A stretch of DNA of 64,000 nt, taken from positions 107,942,001 to 108,006,000 of the forward strand of contig OZ024742.1 of assembly GCA_964016885.1 (NCBI GenBank), written 5' to 3'. Made by a program: the position numbers and the translations under genes. The stretch's first letter is position 1, and each line of letters begins with the position of its first letter. This document shows positions 1 through 13,317 of the stretch, in pieces. This stretch comes from Eledone cirrhosa (Eukaryota). The notes beneath the pieces are model-generated. The model made no database searches, was not told the DNA's origin, and was given only the letters and a program-made list of their open reading frames with translations.

Positions 1-128
1 TAGACACTTTCCCATAGGTCACAAATACCGCTCCATCTTTAACAGACACAGAGTAAAACTAGGGTACTCCTGCGTTAAGAATATGAAGGCCCACATCACC
101 AACAGTCCTAAGAACGGCACCCCATCAG
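1..128 (+). mobile_element. Fragment of PLE family B (post-RT linker region), cut by the window start
   Basis: Near-identical to the reverse complement of ~48575-48695 (tagacactttcccataggtcacaaataccgctcc; MKA(H/P)ITNSPK). Ends in (TA)n. Confidence 0.8.
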
Positions 129-189
129 TTATATATATATATATATGTATATATGTAAGCATATATGTATATATATATATATATATATA

Positions 190-257
<68 letters not shown>

Positions 258-916
258 CTTACATATATATATACATACAAAACAACAACGTAACAACCGC
301 CACCGCCGCATCCACCAACACCGAGCCACACCTCAATGATGCGACGCACCTGGTCACGGACCTAACCGGCATTCTCACGAGCGACGAGCTCAAACTCCTA
401 CACCTCGGATCCAAGTTCATCGTCTCACAACGACTCGACGACAGACTCAAACTCGACATCGAGGCCAACTTTTGTCGAGCCGCTTACCAACTTAAATGGG
501 TAACCGCCATCAACAGCGCCACAGAAAATAACAGCGCCCACGCAACCCACCCCAAGTTCCCCACTTACCACCCGACAACCCACTCCACCCCCACCCACCA
601 ACCACGAACTCGACACTAAACTCATCAGGCTAAAACACTCCATCTCAGATATACTTCACAAACACACATGCACACGCACAACACACAACCTCACCAAATC
701 TCAACTCACCACTCTCTCCAACTTGAAATCGAAGAAACTCATCTACCTCCCCTCCGACACCTGGCCCTCAAACACCTTGACGATAACAACCTCTAATCCA
801 AGGTTACGGGAATCACTCCCGCGCAGATAGAGGAGCACATCAACGCCGCCTGGACCAACATCTGCGACCGGCGGAAGCTCCCGAGGAACAACAGACTACC
901 CGCCTTCTACCACCTC

Positions 917-2317
917 GTGAAAACACACAAACAGGGACCCGACCTGAAGATCAGGCCCATTGCATCGAGCGTGGAAGGACCGCTCTACAAAATTTCATGG
1001 CTCCTAGCCAGAATACTCAAACCCATCTTAGACACCTTGTCGGGACACGTTAACAGCTCCGAGGAGGTGTTGGAGCGCCTGCATCAAATGGATCCCGACA
1101 CCAGAAAGGCTAACAGATATACCTTCAGCCTTGGTGTAGTCGCTCTCTACACCTCGGTCCCGGCACTCTCGGCCGTTAATATAATGATGGAACGCGTCCA
1201 ATCCACCGACCTACACTGCTTCGGGCTCACCACCACTGACATCCACCAACTCCTATCCATTGTCGTTGACAACACATACTTCGGATTCCTTGACCAAACA
1301 TACTAGCAAACCTCGGGACTGCCCATGGGCTCAAGCCTGTCGGGTGTGCTAGCGATCTCACACATGGACAGCCTCGAGCGCAAGGCACTCAATGCCTGCC
1401 ACCCCAACGCCGTCGCTTTTTTCTCAAGGTACGTGGACGATATCCTCATCCTCACATCTTCCCAAGACATGGTGAACAGAATCTATGAGACGTTCAACAA
1501 CACGGACGAGAACATTGATTTCAGTGTTGAACACCCCAGCGACGACGGGTCACTTGCCCTCCTCGACTTCCGAATCAACATCACGGAACAGGGAGGGATC
1601 CACTGCAACTTCTACCGAAAGGCAGCCTGCAGGGACCTGTTCGTCCAATACAAGTCCTCCCTCTCTAACAGTGCTAAAAGAGGATACATCACGAACGAGA
1701 TCACGCGAATTAAAAACAGATGCAGCGATCCCCCGAGTGGTGTCACTCATACCAAGCGATTTCTCGAAGTGCTGGAGACGAACGGGTATCCTGCCTCACT
1801 CACAAACAGAATAAGAGACACCAGACACAAGAGGCAGAGAAACACCCAAGGCAAGTGCTTCCTTAAAATACCACACCTGGGCGAGAATACCACCAACGCT
1901 ATCCGCAAGGCTATACGGAGGGAGGGCCTCGACATTCACCTGGCCCACTCGGGCCACTCCCTGCGAAGATGCCTCTCCAGGAAACCCGGGAAATCAACTG
2001 ACGCGTGCTCCCTCAGGAACTGCCCGATGCGCCATACGAACTGTTGCCTACGCACATACGTCGTGTATAAGATAGAATGTGACAAGTGCAACCACTACTA
2101 TATAGGTAGCACAATCCGGCCGCTACACATCCGGATCAAGGAGCACATTAACACCAGGGCCTCGTCTTTCCGGAAACACATAACCAAATTCGGAAACAAA
2201 GACGGAAGGCCCATTGTAACAATTCTAGCGACAGAAAGAAACGTCGGCACATTACGAATCAAGGAGGCACTTTGGATCAAACGCCTAGGGCCACAAATAA
2301 ATAACCGATCCGAGTGA
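917..2317 (+). pseudogene. PLE reverse transcriptase plus C-terminal GIY-YIG endonuclease, in-frame TAG at 1304-1306, N-terminus frameshifted
   Basis: ORFs 917-1306 and 1325-2317 are in the same frame (TY*QTSGLPMG), with YVDD and GIY-YIG motifs. Confidence 0.9.
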
Positions 2318-2789
2318 AGCGAAATGAGGTGGTTGGTTTAAGTAAACAAACGATGCAGCAACACACGCACACACACACACACACATACACAAGCGAGACA
2401 GCAACACACGCACACACACACAGTAGCATTCCACTATACGAATAATACAGACGAACGAGACAACAACACACGCACAAACACACTCAAGCGAGACAACAAC
2501 AAACACACACACACACACACACACACAGTAACATTCACCAAACAGGCAGAGAATACTATCACAACCACACACTATTCAACAGGGCAGATAATACAATGGA
2601 CTGACAGCTAACGCCACCCCACTCCCACAATTGAAAAAACTATTTCGGCCGCCGAGCTCTGCTTGACCGACCACATTTCACGCGCACGCGCGCTCTGCTG
2701 AATACCTGAGATATTCGAAACAACGAACAGCGGAGGACACGTTTCGCACATTTCCGACAGACAAGCCCCCCCCCCACCCCGGAAAAAAA

Positions 2790-2825
2790 CCCCAGTTGAT
2801 GGATGTGAATCCGAAATATATAGGG
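2790..2825 (+). ncRNA. Hammerhead-topology motif with non-canonical core in the PLE-A pLTR
   Basis: ccc-AGTTGAT-ggat gtga atcc-GAAA-tata-TA-ggg. Stem II covaries with the copy at 54013-54048. Confidence 0.5.
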
Positions 2826-2997
2826 ACAATTAAATCTCTCCCAAGGTAACTCTATCTCGTGTTATTATTATTGTTATCCTTTACGCTCTTTCCTACACTC
2901 TTCTACACACTACACATCTCAACCTACTTTCACTTACATCTCTCTCTCCACCACCGGATCTTGTTACCCGGAGATTTACCCATCTGCATTGTTGAGG

Positions 2998-3049
<52 letters not shown>

Positions 3050-3052
<3 letters not shown>

Positions 3053-3268
3053 TGTGGGATGCTTAAAGCGTCCGTATGCGGTAGGCCGTGTGAGCACTCG
3101 ATGCTCTTACATAGCAGAGTATAATATCACATGAGAAACGGAGAATCAGTGGTGCGACGAATTAAGATTTATGAGATATATTATAATCGTTTCTCTGGCG
3201 ACCAGCTGGAGGCACGATCGATGCAATGATCCTCAGATACGTCTCGATTCTTCGAACCAGAATTTCCA
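3050..3268 (-). mobile_element. pLTR-like remnant with a degenerate HHR (3178-3240), between (TA)n tracts
   Basis: Minus strand reads gtat-CTGAGGA-tc...ga-GAAA-cgatta-TA-atat. Confidence 0.45.
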
Positions 3269-3305
<37 letters not shown>

Positions 3306-3377
3306 CAGACACACATACACACACACACATATATATATGTATATATATATGTATATATATATATGTATATATATATG

Positions 3378-3409
<32 letters not shown>

Positions 3410-3499
3410 CGTATATATATATATGTATATATATGTATACATATATATGTATAGATATATGTATATATATATATGTATATATGTATAGATATAGATATA

Positions 3500-3581
<82 letters not shown>

Positions 3582-3589
3582 AACATTTT

Positions 3590-3872
3590 CGCTCTACACG
3601 GCTGAATACAATAAATGTAATCTGAGTTTTTCGAATATTTATAATAACGTTCGATTCGTTTGCAATTATGTAAACAAGCGTCAATTTTATAGCCATGTCA
3701 GTATTACTGATGAAAGGTGATACCCAGAAACATTAGTGTCTGCAGTTCTGTTCTCATGCTGCCAACACAAGAGCAAGAATGAAGGGTTCATTCTACTGAC
3801 ATGGCTATAAAATTGAGGCGTAACTGCAAACGAATCGCATGTTATTATAAATGTTCGAAAAACTCAGATTAC

Positions 3873-3876
<4 letters not shown>
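3590..3876. repeat. Fold-back cassette, ~90 bp arms (3614-3703 / 3794-3875), with an HHR-like core in the spacer
   Basis: tgtaatctgagtttttcgaa...agccatgtcagta is mirrored. CTGATGA at 3707 and GAAA at 3727. Confidence 0.7.
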
Positions 3877-3908
<32 letters not shown>

Positions 3909-3911
<3 letters not shown>

Positions 3912-3960
3912 TGAAACAATTGTTCATGGTAACAGTGAACTAACTGTTGTGGAACTACTT
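3909..3960 (+). mobile_element. Tiny pLTR remnant of PLE family B (3' half of its HHR)
   Basis: ggtgaaacaattgttc...gtgaactaactgttgtg matches the reverse complement of 47880-47927. Confidence 0.65.
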
Positions 3961-4035
3961 ATATATATATATATGTATATATATATATAATAATAAAATG
4001 TGGAGAGGAAACACACGAGTTAGGATATATATATA

Positions 4036-4618
4036 TATGAAAACAGGGAGAAAGAGACGATTATGGGGAAGAAAAATATATTTTTTTCCTTTTTTGTTTC
4101 TCTCTCTCTCTTTTTCAGGGTTAGAAAATGATTAAAACGAGATGTTTTACTTTGTGTGAAGTGTTAAGGTATTAGTTGATTTATTTATAACATTATTTTT
4201 TCTTCCACATTGACTTTTTACGTTCCACATTATGCACGTTTTTTTTCCTTTTTCTTTTTTCTTTTTTCTTTTTTCTTTTTTCTTTTTCTTTTTTCTTTTT
4301 TCACTTCTTAAACCTTGTTTGTATATAACATTATTCTTTCTGCACCTTCTGTTTAACATGTGCGACACCACACTAATACATTCACTATCATTTGATAATG
4401 CATATAAATGCTGAAACCGGTAATAGACAATAATTAAATATATAAATAGATAAATAAATGCCATTGTTAAATAATAAGTAAATCAACTAATACGTTAACA
4501 CTTCACACAAAGTAAAAGATTTCGTTTTAATCATTTTCTAACCCAGAAAAAAGAGAGAGAGAAACAAAAACGGAAAAAAAAATATTTTTCTTCCTCATAA
4601 TCGTCTCTTTCTCCCTGT

Positions 4619-4624
<6 letters not shown>
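4036..4624. mobile_element. Fold-back pLTR of PLE family C, with an HHR at ~4385-4426 (+)
   Basis: Arms 4036-4185 and 4475-4624 are inverted. 4230-4624 matches the reverse complement of 46100-46470. HHR reads TTGATAA-t gcat ataa atgc t-GAAA-ccgg-TA. Confidence 0.8.
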
Positions 4625-4657
<33 letters not shown>

Positions 4658-4730
4658 TGTGTTTATTTTTTAATTTGAAATGTAGTCGTCCCGTTGTAAT
4701 TCAATATAATAATAGTCGATCACTATAAAT

Positions 4731-4910
4731 AATTGTTTCTACTTTAGGCACAAGGCCAGCAATTACCCAGTGCATTACTGGTACTTTATTTTATCGACCC
4801 CGTAAGGATGAAAGGCAAAGTCAACCTCGGCGGGATTTGAACTCAGATCGTAAAGGGACGTAACTATGCTGGAAAGCATGGCGTCCGACCCTCTACCGAT
4901 ATTGCCAATC
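4731..4910 (-). mobile_element. tRNA-derived SINE, family 1
   Basis: A box tggcaatatcggtagag and B box gagttcaaatccc on the minus strand. Body gccgaggttgactttgcctttcatccttacggggtcgataaaataaagtaccag recurs more than 10 times in the window. Confidence 0.85.
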
Positions 4911-4952
4911 ACTATAAATAACATATATGTCGAACACAGTCATTTATATATA

Positions 4953-5140
<188 letters not shown>

Positions 5141-5186
5141 CATATATATATACATATATATATATATGTATATATGCATGTATATA

Positions 5187-5249
<63 letters not shown>

Positions 5250-5263
5250 GCATATATATATAT

Positions 5264-5381
<118 letters not shown>

Positions 5382-5825
5382 GCATATATATATATATATA
5401 TGATTGATTACAAGTTCTACGTAATGCTTCCGGGTATTATGTTATACTCGTATTATATATGTCTTCCCTTTACCCATTGTCTGGAATATGGAACCCATGG
5501 ACGGAAATATTGCTTTATCTTGCCCTCATATATACATATAACTATGGAAGACATGAAACGGAAATATTATTATAATTTTATATATTTCATATGTAACCAT
5601 ATGTATATCTATGGGATGTATAGGTGAATGAGAAACAGCGATAGAAGAAAATTGCATTATATGTACATACATCTATGGTTTCTAGGATATAGTTGATAAT
5701 TCTATTTTTATGAAATTCTTTCTTCCTCCACCTAAATCCATACGTATATATGCGTGCGTGTATACACACACACACAAACACACACACACGCGTGCGCTCG
5801 CAAACTCCTGCACACATACACACAA

Positions 5826-5864
<39 letters not shown>

Positions 5865-5917
5865 CATATTCTCTATATCCCTCAAATCTAACCATATATA
5901 CACATGTATGTATGTCA

Positions 5918-5953
<36 letters not shown>

Positions 5954-6427
5954 CTTAGAGTTTACACTCAATGGGGTCATTTACAATCATTTCAGCTCTA
6001 AGAATCGCTTCTGAGCAGAATAAATTAATATTTGATGAACATTTACATGTTTTAGTTGCAATATTTCATTCTGGCGATTTTATTAGTCAATTGCAACTAA
6101 AACATGTAAATGTTCATCAAATATTAATATATATATATATATATTCTGACATACATACAATGTATATGGGGATATGGGGATATGCCTATAATGTTTATTC
6201 TATATATCTTCGCCAAAAGAATTAACCGGATTTATCAGGGAAACATTTCGTGAGTCAATGAGACTTAGACGGCCTATGGCTTCCAAAACACAAAAGTAAA
6301 TTTCTTAGAATTTCCACTATACATAAATGCACCCGCCACACATACACGCCTCTCCCCACGTATGTATGTGTGTATGTATGTATGTATGTATGTATGTATG
6401 TATGTATGTATGTATGTATGTATGTAT

Positions 6428-6710
6428 GGTAAATATCATCTTGGTTAAGAGAGTGGGACTGGCTTTGCTCACTATAAAAGCTTCACGGCACAGGCATTGC
6501 TTTATATCTGGAGATCTCTCTGCACTTGTCGTCAGATGGTACCATGGGCCCAGCACTATGTGTCAATAATTGTCACAAGTGTAGTGTTTGTACCAGAGTT
6601 TTCAAGTCGCTGGCTGGACTAGAAAGTCACACTCGTTCAGTGTATCGGTAGGAGTTCTCCTACATGGATATAAAGTAGTGGCCGTACTCGAAAACGAGTT
6701 GGCAGCCACC
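6428..6710 (+). mobile_element. Truncated copy of a non-autonomous (TATG)n-embedded retroelement
   Basis: Matches 12228-12520 and shares its terminus ggcagccacc followed by (atgt)n. Confidence 0.75.
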
Positions 6711-6785
6711 ATGTATGTATGTATGTATGTATGTATGTATGTATGTATGTATGTATGTATGTATGTATGTATGCATGTATGTATG

Positions 6786-9700
6786 TTATCTCTTTCTCTT
6801 AATTTCGAGTATATTTTTTTTGACCGGCCACCTTCCTGGTGGCAAGGTTGTAAAAGAAAAGAAATTGTCATCCCTTGAATCGCAAGAATGTTTTGCAAAT
6901 TTTGAAGGTGCCAGCTATCGCAGCCATTTGTAGACTATGAATTAGGGAGCTGCGCTTTTTTCCGCAAATCCAAGTTCAGTCATACTTTGGTCCAAGCGGG
7001 TTGGTATATAACCCGTAGCTCCAATAATGATGGGTATGAAGCTAAAGGTGTATCTTGGATACTGGATTTGTAAACTCCTCATCAATGGTCCGTAGATGTC
7101 CTCCTTCTCCTGTATTTTTCTGACAACGTTTACATCAAGTGGGCAGCTGATCTCCACAACAGAACACGTTTTCAATGTGTGGTCCCAAACAACAATATCA
7201 GGTCGGTTGTGCTTTAATTTGGTGGCAGTTTTTATTTTCAGGTTCCACCAGTATTCCTTAGTGCCATCTGTCTCAATATATTCTTCCTCGTTTGTTGTTA
7301 ATTTTGTTTTCCGAAGTGCGTTCCAGATGGTTCTACTATCCCATCGTGTCTCATGGGGAGGTAGTAGCGAGATGACATTCTTTCGCAGCTGGCAACAATG
7401 TGGCTTACATCCTCGATCTTTGTTTTACATAGCCTACATTTATTGTCAGCTGCTGGTCCTCCTCTTTTGTGCAGCAGATATTTGGTAGGGAGTTCTTGTT
7501 CCTGTATTGCATAGAGATATCCCTCAAGGTGTGATGTCATAAACTTGTCGGAACTCCATGCCAGGCTTTTTGAGTGGTTTATCCCCTCTATGGTCTGTGT
7601 TTTACGCCTCAAGTATCCATGCACAACTTTTTCTGTAAATTGATCAATTTTTTTATCTTGTTTGAACATTGAATAGGATCTTCTGATTTCTCTGGGTGAG
7701 AGATTTATATCAGGCTTTATTCCATATCTCTCCTCCAGATCAGTCGCTATTCAAACGAAATTTTTTTTTCATGCTCATAAACCTGGGCAAGATGGTTGCC
7801 AACCTTTTTCCTCTGTTGAAGGTGTTGCTTCAGTGTTACTATCCGGGTCTCATATGTTGTTAATATTGATTTTAGACCCCAGCCACCTTCCTTGCGTGAG
7901 AAGTATAGCCTATCCACATCACTATTGATGTTAAAGTTCCCAGTAACACTGAGAAGTTTGCGAGTTCTACCATCCATCTCACTTAGTTCTTGCAATGACC
8001 AGTTCAGCAGGCCAAATGTTGGCGTTAGAATTGGCACAGCATAAGTATTGTGGGCAATGTATTTGTTGTACGCTGAGAGTTCTGATGACCATATTTTCTT
8101 TACTCTTCTGAGGTATTCAGTTCTGGTTCTCTCCTTATTTATGGGTCCATCATATCTGACATTCTCATCCTGTCCAAGATATCTGTAGTTGTCACCTGAC
8201 TGCAGAGGTTGTATTGCCAGGCCGTTCATCTCTAGATTTCTAGAGGAGGGCACAGCTCTTCCACGTTTTACTGCCAAATATGCACACTTAGACTCACCAA
8301 ATTTCATTTTGATGTCGGTTGAAAATTGTGTAATGAGGTCCAATTGTTTCTTGATGTCATTGATATTTGGCCCATACAACTTCAGGTCATCAACAAAGAA
8401 AAGATGGGAGATACTTCTGGACCCACTTCTTTGTCCACCTTGTTTCCTGAGTAGGTAAGATAGTGGATTCAGTGAGAGAACGAAGAGTAGCACTGACAAG
8501 CTATCACCCTGAAAGATGCCCTTCTGGTAATGTATCTTATCAGTCTTAACTTGCTCCTTCTCACCTCTAAGGATCACATTGGTGTACCAGTTCTTGGTCA
8601 GGCGTTCAACAGCAGCTACCAATGGTTGTGGGACTTTGGCTAACTGTAAAGCCTTAATAATCCACCCATGAGGTACACTATCAAATGCTTTTTGACAGTC
8701 CAGCCACAGTGATATTTCTGCGATTCTCTGTTGTTTTTTCCTGAATCATTTTGTTAGTTAGTAGGTGATCTATGCAACCCCACATCTCCCTCTTTCCACC
8801 AGCTTGCTCAGGTGTTATGATATTGTTGGTAGCACAGTGATCCTGTAAGAACAGGTTAAGGCACCCAGTATATAATTTATACATGATGTTTTGGCAGGCT
8901 ATTGGGCGGTAATTTTTAGCAAGGGTGGTTTGGCTATTTTTGGGAATGAGGAGAGTAGTGGCAGTTGATAACCATCTGGGCAGTTCTTGTGTGCCTTTAA
9001 TGGTTTCTGTAAACAGCCGTATGAGATCTTGTTGATAGAAAGTGAAATTCTTCAACCAGTATCCTGTAATGAGGTCTGGGCCTGGCGATTTCCTATTCGA
9101 CATTTTCTGTAGAGCTGTTTCCAGTATTGACCCATCTATGTCATATTGTTTTGTCTGGACATGTTGGCAGTAGTCCTGTTCCAGTTCTTTTAGCCAATTA
9201 GTTTGTCTGTTGAATCCGTCATCCGTTTCCCATACAGATCTCCAGTAGCTCTCAACCTGTTCTTTTGAAGGGGTGTCATTTACAGGGATTGAGCTTTTGC
9301 CACCGAAGCTGCGATAAACTGATTTAGGATCTCTGGCAAACAATCTATTTAGCACTTGTCGTTTATGTGCTGTTGACTTATATTTTAGTCTTTCTGTTGT
9401 AGCTGTGAGTTGTTGTTTCAACTGGTGTAATTTGGAGTTCAAAGTTTTAAATTTTGTATCTCCAAATCGTCTCTCTAACTTTTTTTTTTTAGGTCTTCCT
9501 GGTGTCGTGTGAAGTTGCTCTCTATGTTGCATTTCATAACGACTGCGATGTGTGAGATACTTCGTCTCAGGGACAACATTTTGCTTTTTAAATTTCGCAT
9601 CCACGCTGGTTCAGGCTTTCTGTTTGTATCTTGATTGCGTGGTTTTAGATGTGTGTTATATGATAGCAATGTAACAGCTGAAACATAACAAAATATTAAG

Positions 9701-10756
9701 CGTTTCAAAGGTCGTTTCTATACCTTTAGATCGTATAGCCTTCAGATAATTGCCAGCTATTTCGTTCACCGCTTCCAATTCCAATTTAGTGGGTTCTTTA
9801 CTGATTCTGGTGTTGTATGGTCTGTCACTCACATTAAGGCTGTGTATCTCTTGAAACATATCGTTCCATATCACTTGTAAGGTGTCCACAAGTTTTTGAT
9901 GTTCTGTTTGTTCAGTAGAGTCATGAATTTCAGCCTCGTTGTTGATGTGGTGACAATTACTACTAGAGTTAGCTGACCTTTCTCGCTGTTCTTCGGTGGA
10001 AGTGGGATGGATTTTAGCAAAATCGTTGGTGAGCTGTTCACTGTTAGATTTAGCTGGCCATTCTCTTTGTCTGTCAGTGGAGGTGGGGTGGTTGTCTACA
10101 AGCGCTGTATTTGTAGTATCACTCAATACCGTTAGATGTATCAATTTATATCTAATGATACGTTTTGCCTGTTCATTTAAATGCTTTGGATAAAAGTCTA
10201 ATTCTGGGTGTTTGGAGTTCCATAAAGTTTTTAGCCTTTGCATAAAACCGAACTTTTGGGGTTCAGATTGTTTGTATGCTTCATATAATTCTTTGTTAAG
10301 CTCGTAGCTCCACTGTATACAACGGTTGTAGTTGCGATTTGGTCGAAGGAGACTTGTACTTTTTGCCATGATGAGTTCGTCTATTCACTAATATTTCGTA
10401 TTTATTTTTCAAAATAGTCGATGATCTTCTTTAAAAGTTTCGACAAAGTTCTGTCAGAATCAAATTTAAAGTTATTCACAGCTTGGGTAATATTTCTTTT
10501 CAGTTAGTTTTTAATTCTACAACTGTGTTTTAAACGTTGTTCTTGAATCGTTTGAATCGAGAACAAAAAGAACAGTTACTTAGTATATTTCTTTATGAAT
10601 GTAATATAATATAACAACGCTGTATTTATATGTTAAAGTTTATGTATCATTCATATAAATAGGTGTTCTACAACTTATTCACAACATATTCACAGTTCAA
10701 ACACTTATGTTTTTGTTTCTGAATCGAAAACGTTACTTGTATATTTCTTTATAAAC
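6786..10756 (-). mobile_element. Apparently full-length R4/Dong-type non-LTR retrotransposon (RT plus RLE) inserted in (TATG)n
   Basis: KSPGPD, YRPIAC, GIFQGDSLS, HLFFVDDLK, CRLC..E..SHIVASC, RHD, RPDIVV and VEISCP motifs. Microsatellite on both flanks. Confidence 0.92.
6868..10369 (-). pseudogene. Single RT-RLE ORF broken by several frameshifts
   Basis: Consecutive ORF pieces 9656-10369, 9475-9708, 8681-9604, 7747-8622, 7298-7669 and 6942-7175. C-terminus KTFLRFKG* matches the second copy. Confidence 0.88.
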
Positions 10757-10781
10757 GTATGTATGTATGTATGTATGTATG

Positions 10782-11838
10782 TTTTCTCTTTCTCTTAATT
10801 TCGAGTATATTTTTTGACCGGCCACCTTCCTGGTGGCAAGGTTGTAAAAGAAAAGAAATTGTCATCCCTTGAATCGCAAGAATGTTTTGCAAATTTTGAA
10901 GGTGCCAGCTATCGCAGCCATTTGTAGACTATGAATTAGGGAGCTGCGCTTTTTGTCCGCAAATCCAAGTTCGGTCATACTTTGGTCCAAGCGGGTTGGT
11001 ATATAACCCGTAGCACCAATAATGATGTGTATGAAGCTAAAGGTGTATCTTGGATACTGGATTTGTAAACTCCTCATCAATGGTCCGTAGATGTCCTCCT
11101 TCTCCTGTATTTTTCTGACAACGTTTACATCAAGTGGGCAGCTGATCTCCACAACAGAACACGTTTTCAATGTGTGGTCCCAAACTACAATATCAGGCCG
11201 GTTGTTCTTTAATTTGGTGGCAGTTTTTATTTTCAGGTTCCACCAGTATTCCTTAGTGCCATCTGTCTCAATATATTCATCCTCGTTTGTTGTTAATTTT
11301 GTTTTCCGAAGTGCGTTCCAGATGGTTCTAGCTATCCCATCGTGTCTCATGGGGAGGTAGTAGCGAGATGACATTCTTTCGCAGCTGGCAACAATGTGGC
11401 TTACATCCTCGATCTTTGTTTTACATAGCCTACATTTATTGTCAGCTGCTGGCCCTCCTCTTTTGTGCAGCAGATATTTGGTAGGGAGTTCTTGTTCCTG
11501 TATTGCATAGAGATATCCCTCAAGGTGTGATGTCATAAACTTGTCGGAACTCCATGCCAGGCTTTTTGAGTGGTTTATCCCCTCTATGGTCTGTGTTTTA
11601 CGCCTCAAGTATCCATGCACAACTTTCTCTGTAAATTGGTCAATTTTTTTTTCTTGTTTGAACATTGAATAGGATCTTCCGATTTCCCTGGGTGAGAGAT
11701 TTATATCAGGTTTTATTCCATATCTCTCCTCCAGATCAGTCGCTATTCTAATGATATTTCTTTTTTCATGCTCATAAACCTGAGCAAGATGGTTGCCAAC
11801 CTTTTTCCTCTGTTGAAGGTGTTGCTTCAGTGTTACTA
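10782..11838 (-). mobile_element. 5'-truncated second copy of the same R4/Dong-type element, with an open CCHC plus RLE frame
   Basis: Nearly identical to 6786-7842. Frame is open from 11838 to 10862. Flanked by (TATG)n. Confidence 0.92.
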
Positions 11839-11919
11839 TGCATGTATGTATGTATGTATGTATGTATGTATGTATGTATGTATGTATGTATGTATGTATG
11901 TATGTATGTATGTATGTAT

Positions 11920-12520
11920 GGTCACCAGTTGGTGCTACTAGTAACATGTATCCCAGTACAACCTGTCTCATGGTCGGGTCGTTGGCGACTAAACTGGCAA
12001 CCCCACCAAGGTTTCTTGGTGAGGAGGGTGACTTTGGACATCCTGCAGGACTAAAAACAAAACCTGTCAAAGGGCAAAGGAACTCTTAAGAGTCAATGGC
12101 CATCCAAAATCACCGGGAGAGATGACCCCTTAGCCTTTGTTAAGGCAGAATTCTAGGAGAAGGAAAACTCTGATAGAACACCTGCAGCCCTGATGGTATC
12201 CAATGATGTTAACTTGTTCTTCTTTTTGGTAAATATCATCTTGGTTAAGAGAGTGGGACTGGCTTTGTGCAGTGCCTTTGCTCACTATAAAAGCTTCACG
12301 GCACAGGCATTGCTTTATATCTGGAGATCTCTCTGCACTTGTCGTCACATGGTACCATGGGCCCAGCACTATGCGTCAATAATTGTCACAAGTGTAGTGT
12401 TTGTACCAGAGTTTTCAAGTCGCTGGACTAAAAAGTTCACACTCGTTCAGCGCATCGGTAGGGCTTCTCCTACATCGATATAAAGTAGTGGCCGTACTCG
12501 AAAACGAGTTGGCAGCCACC
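11920..12520 (+). mobile_element. Longest (~600 bp) copy of the non-autonomous (TATG)n-embedded element
   Basis: Terminal stem-loop agtggccg t actcg aaaa cgagt tgg cagccacc followed by (atgt)n. Its 5' part is similar to 21770-21930 and 22030-22425 (-). Confidence 0.75.
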
Positions 12521-12897
12521 ATGTATGTATGTATGTATGTATGTATGTATGTATGTATGTATGTATGTATGTATGTATGTATGTATATATGTATGTATGA
12601 ATGTATGTGTGTTCTTCTGGTTTTATAATTCTATAAATGTTTACCAATAGAGTGAGAGTCGGTTCCATGCGTAGACACAAGACTCTTTCATTGGAATTTA
12701 GACAGTCTCAACTAGGTAGATATGTATGCGTGTCTGTATGCGTGAAATCTGTGTGAAGGTATGGATGTTATTATATGTGTGGATGTATATTTTGAGTTAT
12801 ATGTGTGCCTATGTATATATGCTTTGTATATGTATATGTGTGTACATACAATTATTACATGCAGAATTTTTGGAATGTTTTATGTATGTATGTATGC

Positions 12898-12987
<90 letters not shown>

Positions 12988-13172
12988 TGCGTGCGTGTGG
13001 GTGTGTGTATACATATGCAGAGAAAATGGGGGTGAATGCACATCATATATAAAGTAGAATATGTATGTTTTATTATCAGAAGTTGAAGCTTATTCTGTTG
13101 TTAGGCCAAGGTTTCATGTTACTCCATTTAAAGAGATCATTTAAATCCATCCTCCCTTCTCCCATACATACA

Positions 13173-13250
<78 letters not shown>

Positions 13251-13317
13251 CACACACATACATACATACGTATGTATGTGTGTATGTATGTGTATATATA
13301 TATATATACATACACAC

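Larger units (their letters stand above)
272..2998 (+). mobile_element. Penelope-like retroelement family A, near full length, decayed, flanked by (TA)n
   Basis: RT motifs IRPIAS, LYTSVP, GLPMGSSLS, RYVDD, LLDF, then GIY-YIG (VVYKIECDKC..YYIGST..RIKEH..KEAL..N). 3' UTR has CA-rich repeats and a pLTR-like end. Confidence 0.92.

Noticed and set aside
1304-1306. Programmed readthrough or selenocysteine in the PLE ORF
   Set aside because: The stop is TAG, not TGA, and the upstream region is also frameshifted, which fits ordinary decay.
10862-12070. 402-aa ORF as an intact chimeric gene
   Set aside because: The frame stays open only by running through (CATA)n, joining an unrelated element to a truncated RLE copy.
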